Shown: piece by piece, positions 48,934 through 57,240 of the stretch | Numbering within the stretch: the stretch's first letter is position 1 | Layout: each line of letters opens with the position of its first letter | From: Candidatus Woesebacteria bacterium | Lineage (GTDB): Bacteria; Patescibacteriota; Microgenomatia; UBA1400; PJMF01 | Direction: 5' to 3' | Assembly (NCBI GenBank): GCA_050123235.1 | Contig: JASFHL010000007.1 | Coordinates: forward strand, 75 to 64,074 | DNA length: 64,000 nucleotides | Notes under the pieces: model-generated | What the model was told of the DNA's origin: nothing | Databases searched by the model: none | The model's input: the letters and a program-made list of their open reading frames with translations, nothing else | Position numbers and translations under genes: made by a program

Positions 48934-50745
48934 ATGAAAAATAAAAAAGTTTCTCATCTTTTACAAAAAATTTTTCCAAAGAGCAAAAAATTTAAATTTT
49001 TTTTCAAAAAGGGTCTTTCTTGCCCTTTTTTAAAGAGATTTAGCTCATACTTTGCTATCTTTTTTTTGGTCGCGTTTACAGTAGCTCTTCGTTTTTTACC
49101 AATCTCCACAGGCAATTTTTCTTTTATGTATGATAATGCTAAGGATTCCCTGCTGATTCGCAGAATAGGGGTGCAACATAAACCCGCTTTATATGGAGCT
49201 GTCACTAGTATTGATGGAGTTTATAATGGACCACTTTGGTATTACTTAGCTCTACCTCTCAATTGCTTGCTTAATTATCACCCCATGGCTAGTATTTTGA
49301 TGGTGATTGTTTTGGCGGTTCTGTCTGTTTTAATTTTGTATTTTTCACTGGGTTTTTTTGAAGCATTTCTTTATGCCATCTCTTTTGGTCTAATTGCCAG
49401 TCAGCAATCGGCTTGGACGCCATACATGACGCCATTTGTGCTTTTACTAATTCTCTTAATTTTTTTAAGTTTTAAGTCAGAGTCTAAAAACAAACAATCA
49501 AAGTTTAAAAAAATTTCTAGTTTTTCAGGATTGATAAAATCTAAGCTGCTTAGGCTAGCTAGCCCCTTCCGCGCACTAAAAAAATTTAAATATCGATCTT
49601 TATGCCAAGCTTGTTTTGAGCAGCAAACTCTCAAATTAGCTAGTATTTTTTTACTCACATCTTTTGCTTTCCATTTTCAAACAGCCTATGGCATGGTTTT
49701 ATTACCCACGGTTTTAATTTTACTTTTTGTTTTAAAGATCAGACCAAATTCAAAACAAATTTTAATTAGCTTGCTGGCTTTTCTGATACCATTCACTCCT
49801 TTTTTTATTTTTGAACTTAGAAATGACTTTCATCAGAGCAAAGCAATTTTGCATTTTATCAAAGATTATAAAAATCAAGCTCAAGTGATTAATCCTAACC
49901 AAAAGGGTTTAGCCAGATGGGGAGAAATAGCAGGCTATATCTATCAAAGTAGCTGGCAAGCTTTAGCTCCAGCAGAAATTCCAGCTTTGGGTTGCTTGGG
50001 GGTGATGGGGATTTTTATATATTTGCTTGATCGCTGTTTATTGCGAAGATCAGTAGATAGATTTGAAGGGAAAATCTTTGCTGTTTTTATTTTAAGTCCA
50101 CTTATTTTTTATCAAATTTTACCTTGTAAATCATATTACCTAGTTGCCTTAATGCCAGTCTGGATTATTTTTTTTGCTAAATTTATTAGGGCTTATTTTG
50201 CTAAAATTCTACCGTTGCTAATAATTTTATTCACTGGGGTAGCTTTAATTAATTTAAGCCAAAGTCTTGATCATTACCAATTACTTGCTCAAACAGAATC
50301 TTTTCCATTCTCAGCTAAACTAGCTGCAGTTAAAAAAGTTTATCAATTAAGTGAAGGTCAAAAATTTAGTTCCTATCATTTTGTGCCAGAAGTATATGAT
50401 TACACTTACCAGCAAATTTATTTGTATTTGATTGACCAGGATTATCCAGAGCCTTTGGAGTTTAGCTATGCGCCAGGTGAATTTACTTATATGAGACCAC
50501 AGTATTTACCTTTGCAACCGCCTAAATTGCAAAAACAAGATAGTAGCCAAGCGGATGACTCCATGATGGCAGAAAATATCGAAACATCAAACTTAGTATT
50601 TTTAATTGTTGAGAAATATTACAGCCAAGAGGTTTTTAATCAATGGTGGCAACGAGTGAGTGCTGATTTGGAAATTTTGGAAAGTTCTCAAATTAATGAT
50701 GCGATTAGGGTTTATAAAGCGAGGAGGGTACAAATAAATGAGTAG
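48934..50745 (+). CDS. GT-C-like polytopic membrane protein (paralog 2)
   Basis: 'KPALYGAVTSIDGVYNGPLWYYLALPL' aligns with paralogs 3 and 4. Has a large C-terminal soluble domain. Confidence 0.45.
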   Translation: MKNKKVSHLLQKIFPKSKKFKFFFKKGLSCPFLKRFSSYFAIFFLVAFTVALRFLPISTGNFSFMYDNAKDSLLIRRIGVQHKPALYGAVTSIDGVYNGPLWYYLALPLNCLLNYHPMASILMVIVLAVLSVLILYFSLGFFEAFLYAISFGLIASQQSAWTPYMTPFVLLLILLIFLSFKSESKNKQSKFKKISSFSGLIKSKLLRLASPFRALKKFKYRSLCQACFEQQTLKLASIFLLTSFAFHFQTAYGMVLLPTVLILLFVLKIRPNSKQILISLLAFLIPFTPFFIFELRNDFHQSKAILHFIKDYKNQAQVINPNQKGLARWGEIAGYIYQSSWQALAPAEIPALGCLGVMGIFIYLLDRCLLRRSVDRFEGKIFAVFILSPLIFYQILPCKSYYLVALMPVWIIFFAKFIRAYFAKILPLLIILFTGVALINLSQSLDHYQLLAQTESFPFSAKLAAVKKVYQLSEGQKFSSYHFVPEVYDYTYQQIYLYLIDQDYPEPLEFSYAPGEFTYMRPQYLPLQPPKLQKQDSSQADDSMMAENIETSNLVFLIVEKYYSQEVFNQWWQRVSADLEILESSQINDAIRVYKARRVQINE

Positions 50746-50774
50746 TTATAAATATTATAGATAAGTATTTACAT

Positions 50775-50931
50775 CACTTAGTATATTATTAAACTAGGAA
50801 CCTTGAAGCGAAGTCATAAAAGAAAAGAATAAGATATAAGTAAGGACTGAGCTTCAGAGAAAAAGCTTTGTAGTGATGATTAAGCATTTAGCTTACTGCG
50901 ACTGTGTCTTAGTTTAATAATATACTAAGTG
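50775..50931 (+). repeat. family-B repeat, copy B2 (157 bp)
   Basis: Near-identical to B1 and followed by the A-type module GTAGCGAACGACTCTAAGATTTAT. Confidence 0.75.
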
Positions 50932-51002
50932 AAACAGCATACTATTCTGTAGCGAACGACTCTAAGATTTATTGCTATTGAGTTTTCAACAGTTTCCTTA
51001 AT

Positions 51003-52679
51003 ATGAAAAAAAGGATTAAATTACCAACAATTAATCTGTCCCGCAGAGAATTATGCTTATTCTTTTTAATTTTTTTACTGGGTTTAACTTTACGCCTCTA
51101 TCCTGGTCGTGATCACTACATTTGGTTTTACGACCAGGCTCGTGATCGCGCAGTCATTCAGTCTATCATTGAAGATAAAAATTTAGTTTTGTTGGGGCCA
51201 GCTACTTCTAAGTGGGGACTGTTTCATGGGCCATTATTCTATTATTTTTTAGCTCCCTTTTATTTTTTATCTCAAGGAGATACATTTTTAGCAATCTGGG
51301 CAATGATTTTGTTCAATTTATCAGCCATGATTCCTTTGGCACTCTTAACTTTTGCTCTTTTTAAAAATAAGAAAATAGTTTATTTATCTTTGTTTTTCTT
51401 TGCTATTTCTTATGAAATGATCGAATATGCTCGCTGGCTAACTAATGTTTCGATGGCCATTCCTTTTTTACTGTGGGCTTTTTACTTTGCTTATCGAATC
51501 AGACCTGATTTGTCTGAGCGAGAAATAATTAGCTATTTTTTAGGAAAAAGCAAATTACTTCCACAGAGCATTGCTAATCTTGTTCAACAGAAAAAAACAG
51601 TTTTACTGCCTATTTGTTTTGCTATCTCTCTAGGTTTAGCAATTCAAAGTGAGATTTTTTTAATTTATTTGATCCCTTTTTTCTTGCTATATTTTTTCTT
51701 GATTCATTTGTCTTTGCGCAAAATTCTACTATCAGCTTTGACTTTGATCTTAACTTTATCTCCTTTGGTTTTAGCGGAGTTTAAATTTTCCTTTCAGATG
51801 AGTAAAAGTTTTTTTCAGCAACTTTTGCAGACTGGAGCAGAAACTAGATTCTTTGTCAAAGAATCACTCTTAAAATATTTTGAACGGCTAGCTCTGAGTG
51901 CCCAACTTAATTTGTTTGGGCTGCCTTTAACTATGAGTTTTTTCATCTTATTAGTTACTTTTACTGCTGTTGTCTATTTTATGCGGCGAGAATCAGATAG
52001 AAATAAAAAAACTCTCTATTTTCTATTCTTTTTCTTATTTAGCCAAATAGTTTTATTTATTTTTCCCTTTGTTGATAGAATTTATTTAAATTTAACAGTA
52101 GGCATGTTGCTGATTATTTTAGCGGCTTATTTTTTGAACAAACTAATGCAATCTAAATTTGCAGCTTTAGCTAAACTAATACTGCTGTTATTTTTTTTAT
52201 TGCAAATTTTTCAATTGCGCAGCAATACTTTGGGTAAAACTCCTTTTAGTAAATATGAATCAACTTCACCAGCTTATATAATGTCTAGCTATTTTGCAGT
52301 GCTTGATAAAATTTATGAAGAAGCTGAAGGTGAGAAGTTTAGTATTGCAGTTTTGGCTAATCCTTATGGAGTACGTACCACTTGGGCTGGCATTTTTCAG
52401 ATTTATTTTAATAGAAAATCACTAGCAAATGAAGATCCGCCCACTTGGTTTGGCTACCATGCTAATGGTTACTGGGAGGATGATTACTTTCCCACTCTTG
52501 ACTATCCTCAAGACCTGCATTTTTTAATTATTTATCCGCAGTCTGATGGATTTTTGCCAGCACCGATTCTAGAAGAGTTTTTTGAGCAGCAGGATGACGC
52601 AACCTTGAAAATATCTGAGTATAATATTGATGAGATTATGGTGGAAAAGAGAATTAGAAAAGCAGAAATAGATAAATAA
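51003..52679 (+). CDS. GT-C-like polytopic membrane protein (paralog 3; ArnT/PMT-like topology)
   Basis: 'IWFYDQARDRAVIQSIIEDKNLVLLGPATSKWGLFHGPLFYYFLAPFYFLSQGD' near the N-terminus and 'WFGYHANGYWEDDYF' near the C-terminus. Confidence 0.5.
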   Translation: MKKRIKLPTINLSRRELCLFFLIFLLGLTLRLYPGRDHYIWFYDQARDRAVIQSIIEDKNLVLLGPATSKWGLFHGPLFYYFLAPFYFLSQGDTFLAIWAMILFNLSAMIPLALLTFALFKNKKIVYLSLFFFAISYEMIEYARWLTNVSMAIPFLLWAFYFAYRIRPDLSEREIISYFLGKSKLLPQSIANLVQQKKTVLLPICFAISLGLAIQSEIFLIYLIPFFLLYFFLIHLSLRKILLSALTLILTLSPLVLAEFKFSFQMSKSFFQQLLQTGAETRFFVKESLLKYFERLALSAQLNLFGLPLTMSFFILLVTFTAVVYFMRRESDRNKKTLYFLFFFLFSQIVLFIFPFVDRIYLNLTVGMLLIILAAYFLNKLMQSKFAALAKLILLLFFLLQIFQLRSNTLGKTPFSKYESTSPAYIMSSYFAVLDKIYEEAEGEKFSIAVLANPYGVRTTWAGIFQIYFNRKSLANEDPPTWFGYHANGYWEDDYFPTLDYPQDLHFLIIYPQSDGFLPAPILEEFFEQQDDATLKISEYNIDEIMVEKRIRKAEIDK

Positions 52680-52697
52680 TGGTAAATTTAATTAATT

Positions 52698-54269
52698 ATG
52701 CAATCAGTCAAAAATTTAACTAAGATAGAAATATTAATTTTGGTTTTCATTGTTATTCTAGGAATTTTTATAAGATTAATTCCAGGAAAAGGTCATTTCA
52801 TTTGGGATTATGATCAAGCAAGAGATTCTTTTGAAATTAGAAAAATTATTCAAAACAAAGATCTAATTTTAATTGGCCCACAAGCTGAAAAACATGGAAT
52901 GTTTCACGGGCCGTTATATTATTATTATTTGGCTCCTTTTTACTATCTTTCTCATGGTGATCAAAATTTACCTCTGTTAGCTATGATTTTTTTAAATTTA
53001 TCTAGCATTATTCCTCTGGCTTTATTAAGCAAACAATTATTTTCTAAACTTGGTTCAAAACAAAGTAAGTTGATCACGTTCTTAGTTATTTTTTTATTCG
53101 TAATTTCTTATGAACAAGTTGAATACGCTCGCTGGTTATCTAATGTTTCAATTACCATTCCACTTTTAGCATGGAGTTATTATTTTATTTGGAAATTGTT
53201 TAGCAGCAGAAAATATGCTTTTTATTTAGGCTTATCATTGGGTTTGGCAATTCAAGGAGAAATTTTTCTAATCTATTTAATTGCATATTCGTATCTATTA
53301 TTGCTTTTAAATAGACATAAAATAAAGGATTGGATAAAATTTCATTTTGGTCTAGCTGTTGGCCTATTACCTTTAATTCTTGCGGAATTAAAATTTAATT
53401 TTCAAAGCACAAAAACTTTTATCAATTATTTTATTAATCGTCATAGTGTAGAAGATTTATCAGCTGGACAGTCAATTCTAAGTTATTTAGATCATATGGG
53501 TTTTACTGTTAAGAATAATTTATCTGGTTTTTCAAACTCATTTGGTCTTTATTTTTTAATCCTGATATTAATTTTATATTTATTTTGGAAGAGAGATATT
53601 ACAAAACTGAAAATTAAGAAAGAAATTGCTTATATTTTCATTTGGCTTTTTTCTCATTTTATTCTTTTCTCATTTCATTTTGTTGATGCAGTATTTCTGA
53701 ATTTAGGCATAGGCTTAAGTATGATTTTTTTAATGTCATTTTTAATCTATTTATTTTGCTACAAAAAACAAAAAATCATGGCTTCTTTATTTTTGATTTT
53801 TGTAGTATTTATGCAAATCAGATTGTTAATGGTTAATACTCATCATAATCAACCATTTAATAAATTTAAGTTTGTTCAAAAAGATGCAATTCTTTTTAAA
53901 GAAAAGATAGCAATTGTTGATCAGATATATCAGTTAGCCAATAATGAGTCATTTACTTTTGCTGTTTTAGGAACACCTTATGGTGTAAGAACAAAATGGG
54001 CCAGTGTTTTTGAACAATATGCCAGACAAAATGATGTTGAGATACCACATTGGTTTGGCTACTATGCCAACGGCTATCCAGGGGAAAAACTGTTTATAAC
54101 TCAAGATTTTCCAGAACAAAAACATATTGTCTTAATCGAATCAAGTCAACACTTAATTGATCCTTACACCAGAAAAAATTATCTAATAGAGCAGGATAGA
54201 ACAACGAGATTGATAGAGGAAAAGGAATTGTATGGTCATAGAATTCAGTTGCGGGAGAGAAAAGAGTAA
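52698..54269 (+). CDS. GT-C-like polytopic membrane protein (paralog 4; tandem duplicate of paralog 3)
   Basis: 'IWDYDQARDSFEIRKIIQNKDLILIGPQAEKHGMFHGPLYYYYLAPFYYLSHGD' and 'WFGYYANGYPGEKLF' are collinear with paralog 3. Confidence 0.5.
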   Translation: MQSVKNLTKIEILILVFIVILGIFIRLIPGKGHFIWDYDQARDSFEIRKIIQNKDLILIGPQAEKHGMFHGPLYYYYLAPFYYLSHGDQNLPLLAMIFLNLSSIIPLALLSKQLFSKLGSKQSKLITFLVIFLFVISYEQVEYARWLSNVSITIPLLAWSYYFIWKLFSSRKYAFYLGLSLGLAIQGEIFLIYLIAYSYLLLLLNRHKIKDWIKFHFGLAVGLLPLILAELKFNFQSTKTFINYFINRHSVEDLSAGQSILSYLDHMGFTVKNNLSGFSNSFGLYFLILILILYLFWKRDITKLKIKKEIAYIFIWLFSHFILFSFHFVDAVFLNLGIGLSMIFLMSFLIYLFCYKKQKIMASLFLIFVVFMQIRLLMVNTHHNQPFNKFKFVQKDAILFKEKIAIVDQIYQLANNESFTFAVLGTPYGVRTKWASVFEQYARQNDVEIPHWFGYYANGYPGEKLFITQDFPEQKHIVLIESSQHLIDPYTRKNYLIEQDRTTRLIEEKELYGHRIQLRERKE

Positions 54270-54400
54270 GTTTGTTTTTAGAAGCTAGACGTTTGATTAA
54301 ATATGGTCACCAGGTAAAGTAGGCCTTGAATGAGTTCCTGTCTTTCAAACTATAACAGTTGGCAGCTCCATTTATACTGAATTTTGCTATACTAAAACTC

Positions 54401-55090
54401 ATGAAACTATCTGTCATCGTTCCCGTTTATAATGAAGCGGCTACCATTGCGGAAATTCTTAATAAATTAGTCAAAGTCAAGGACGTTTATGAAATTATTA
54501 TTGTTAATGACGGCTCTACTGATCACAGTCTCCAAATTATTGAAAAAACGAAAAAAGAATTAGGCAAGCTTAAAGCTAGAAAGATCAAAGTTTTTGACAA
54601 AGAAAATGGAGGCAAGGGTAGTTCAGTCCGTTTAGCTTTGACTAAGGTCACTGGAGATTATGTTTTAATCCAAGATGCTGATCTGGAATATGACCCTGAT
54701 GATATTGCTGCTTTATTGGAGCCGATCAAAAAAGGCAGAGTTGAGGTGGTTTATGGCTCTCGTTTTTTAGGTCCACATTCCAATCTTTTGTTTTGGCACA
54801 AAGTTGGCAATACTTTTTTAAATTTAGTGGTAAATATACTCTACGACACCACGCTTTCTGATATGGAGACTTGTTATAAAGTTTTACCCACTAAGCTCTT
54901 TAAGGAACTTGATATTAAAGCAGCTAAATTTGATTTAGAACCAGAAATTACTTGTAAAGTTTTAAAAAAAGGTATCAGGATTTTTGAAGTACCAATTACT
55001 TATATAGGGAGAGATTTTTCTGAAGGTAAAAAAATTACTTGGAAAGATGGCTTTTCAGCTTTGTGGACTATTATCAAGTTGAGGTTTTAG
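54401..55090 (+). CDS. GT2 polyprenol-phosphate glycosyltransferase (DPM1/GtrB/ArnC-like)
   Basis: 'MKLSVIVPVYNEAATI', 'IIVNDGSTDHS' and 'LIQDADLEYDP' (DxD). The start is set at the ATG at 54401 rather than the TTG at 54359. Confidence 0.75.
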   Translation: MKLSVIVPVYNEAATIAEILNKLVKVKDVYEIIIVNDGSTDHSLQIIEKTKKELGKLKARKIKVFDKENGGKGSSVRLALTKVTGDYVLIQDADLEYDPDDIAALLEPIKKGRVEVVYGSRFLGPHSNLLFWHKVGNTFLNLVVNILYDTTLSDMETCYKVLPTKLFKELDIKAAKFDLEPEITCKVLKKGIRIFEVPITYIGRDFSEGKKITWKDGFSALWTIIKLRF

Positions 55091-55101
55091 TGCCACTTAA
55101 A

Positions 55102-57216
55102 ATGAAAAATTTGTTAAATTTATATGATTTAATAATACTGAACATGTCCTACCCGTTATTTAGTATTTCATTCATCCTACATTTCTTACTCTTCATCTTA
55201 GCTTTGTTTTTTTCTCTTTATTTACCAGGGTCTTTCTTTATCAATTCTCTTTTTTCTAAAAGCAAAGTTCCTCAATTAAAAAAATATAGCGCCTTACTCA
55301 AACTGGTTTCATCTTTGGTTTTGGGATTAGTGTTATGGACAGCTCAAGGTGTATTTTTTGGCTATTTACGATTGAGAAATCTAAGTTATCTTTATATAAT
55401 TTTTTTCTTTTTAGCTTTTTTGTGGCAAAAAAAACCCAGTTTGAGCAAAATTTTTGTTGCCGCAAAAGCAATTGGCAAAAATTTTAAATCAATCAATCCT
55501 GTTGTTTTAATTTTTCTAACAATTGGCTCTTTTTTGCAACTCTTAGTGATCAGTGGCTCTGGCTTTTTGAGTGAGCAAGGAATTAAGTTTTATTTTGATA
55601 ATGCAGCTGAACCGATCATGCATTTAGCCTATATCCAAGCTTTGATTCGTAATTTTCCAGCAATAGAACCTGGTTTAGCAACAGTGCCTTTGCTTAATTA
55701 TCATTATTGGTCAGATTTTTTTATGGCCGAACTAGCTAGAGTTTGGCAATTACCAGTTATTCATCTCTATTTTCATTTTTTACCCCCGCTACTCGCTATC
55801 TTGAGTAGTTTTTTGATTTATTTGATTGTTAAAGCATGGCGAGGTACTGATTTAGTGGCTTTTTTAGCTTTGTTTTTCTTTTTCTTTGGGGCTGATGCTG
55901 CCTATACTATTTATTTTTTACTTCACCGACAACTTAGTTTTCATGTTGCTGGGATTGATAATGGCATGGAACAGTTTTTCAATTCACCTCATGTTTTTGC
56001 CAAGCTGATTTTTTTGGCAAGTTTACTGGTTTTATTTTTCTGGCAAAAGCTGAGTTCAAAACAAAGAAGCCTAGATAAAAAATGGGGCTTACTTTATTTG
56101 ACTTTAGCAGCTCCTTTAGTTGGTTTTAAGGTTTATTATGGTATTTTTTCAGCTATTGCTTTGTCAGTGCTGGTAGCTGTTAGAGTTTTGAAAGCTATCT
56201 ATAAAAAAGACTGGCGAAACTGGCGTTCAATTTTTCTCCAAGAAAAATTTTCACTGTTTTTATTGTTTTTATTCGCTCTAATTTCGGCGACTATTTATTT
56301 TCCAACTAATAGCAGTGCTGGCGGCCTATTTTTCATTCCATTGGAATGGCCGAAATTGTTATTAGCGCCACACAATTTAGATTTTAATGATTGGTTTCTT
56401 CGTCAACAGGTCTATCACGCTGCTGGAAATATTCGCAATTTACTAATTCTGGACTTTTTGGCAATATTAATTGCTTTGATTAGTATTCATGGCACAAGAT
56501 TAATTGGTTTTTTGCCCACCAAAAAATTGGCTAAAATTCTGGGATTTGAATATTTACTTTACTTATTAATTCCTAGCATTATTTTCACTATTGCTGGTTT
56601 TTTTACCCTGCAACAGTCAGGCGCTTTTAATGTGTTTAATTTTTTTATTGTCAGTTTAATTGTTTTTAGTTTTTTTGCTGCCTTTAGATTGGCAGATTTT
56701 TTAAAGTCAAAAAACTTTTTCCTAAAAATTCTGGCTGTGTTGATTATAATTTTGACAGTCCCCAAATCAACTCATGCTCTTTATTTAGCCGCCACAGAAC
56801 TGAATGATGCAGAAGCACAGATCTTGGTTAGTAAAGTTGAACTAGAAGCTTTTATAAAATTACGCAGTCTTTTGCCAGCAACGGCAGTTGTCCAATCTCA
56901 TCCTAAAAATAGCTTAGACCAAGACACACCTTATTTATCTTTTTTTCTTAATAGACAAAGTTATTCAGCTGGTTTCAATCTATTGGAGAATCTGGGCAAA
57001 GCTAATTTAGAAAGAAAAACTAATTTAGAAAAAATGTTTTTAACTGAAGATGCTACCAGTCTAGCCAGTGAGATGAGGCAGCGTGGTATAGATTACCTTT
57101 ATTTACAAAAAAAGCCAGCTCAAAAGCTGAATTTTGATTTAGCAAAAAGTGATAATATATTTAAAGTGCTTTATGAAGATGAACTAGTGCTGGTAGTGGG
57201 TCTTGCAGAACAGTGA
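55102..57216 (+). CDS. large polytopic membrane protein, YfhO/GT-C-like
   Basis: About 700 aa with more than 12 TM helices. Immediately downstream of the GT2, as in CsbB/YfhO and GtrB/GtrC pairs. The start is set at Met 55102. Confidence 0.4.
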   Translation: MKNLLNLYDLIILNMSYPLFSISFILHFLLFILALFFSLYLPGSFFINSLFSKSKVPQLKKYSALLKLVSSLVLGLVLWTAQGVFFGYLRLRNLSYLYIIFFFLAFLWQKKPSLSKIFVAAKAIGKNFKSINPVVLIFLTIGSFLQLLVISGSGFLSEQGIKFYFDNAAEPIMHLAYIQALIRNFPAIEPGLATVPLLNYHYWSDFFMAELARVWQLPVIHLYFHFLPPLLAILSSFLIYLIVKAWRGTDLVAFLALFFFFFGADAAYTIYFLLHRQLSFHVAGIDNGMEQFFNSPHVFAKLIFLASLLVLFFWQKLSSKQRSLDKKWGLLYLTLAAPLVGFKVYYGIFSAIALSVLVAVRVLKAIYKKDWRNWRSIFLQEKFSLFLLFLFALISATIYFPTNSSAGGLFFIPLEWPKLLLAPHNLDFNDWFLRQQVYHAAGNIRNLLILDFLAILIALISIHGTRLIGFLPTKKLAKILGFEYLLYLLIPSIIFTIAGFFTLQQSGAFNVFNFFIVSLIVFSFFAAFRLADFLKSKNFFLKILAVLIIILTVPKSTHALYLAATELNDAEAQILVSKVELEAFIKLRSLLPATAVVQSHPKNSLDQDTPYLSFFLNRQSYSAGFNLLENLGKANLERKTNLEKMFLTEDATSLASEMRQRGIDYLYLQKKPAQKLNFDLAKSDNIFKVLYEDELVLVVGLAEQ

Positions 57217-57240
57217 ATAATTTAGCTATGTTTCTATTAT

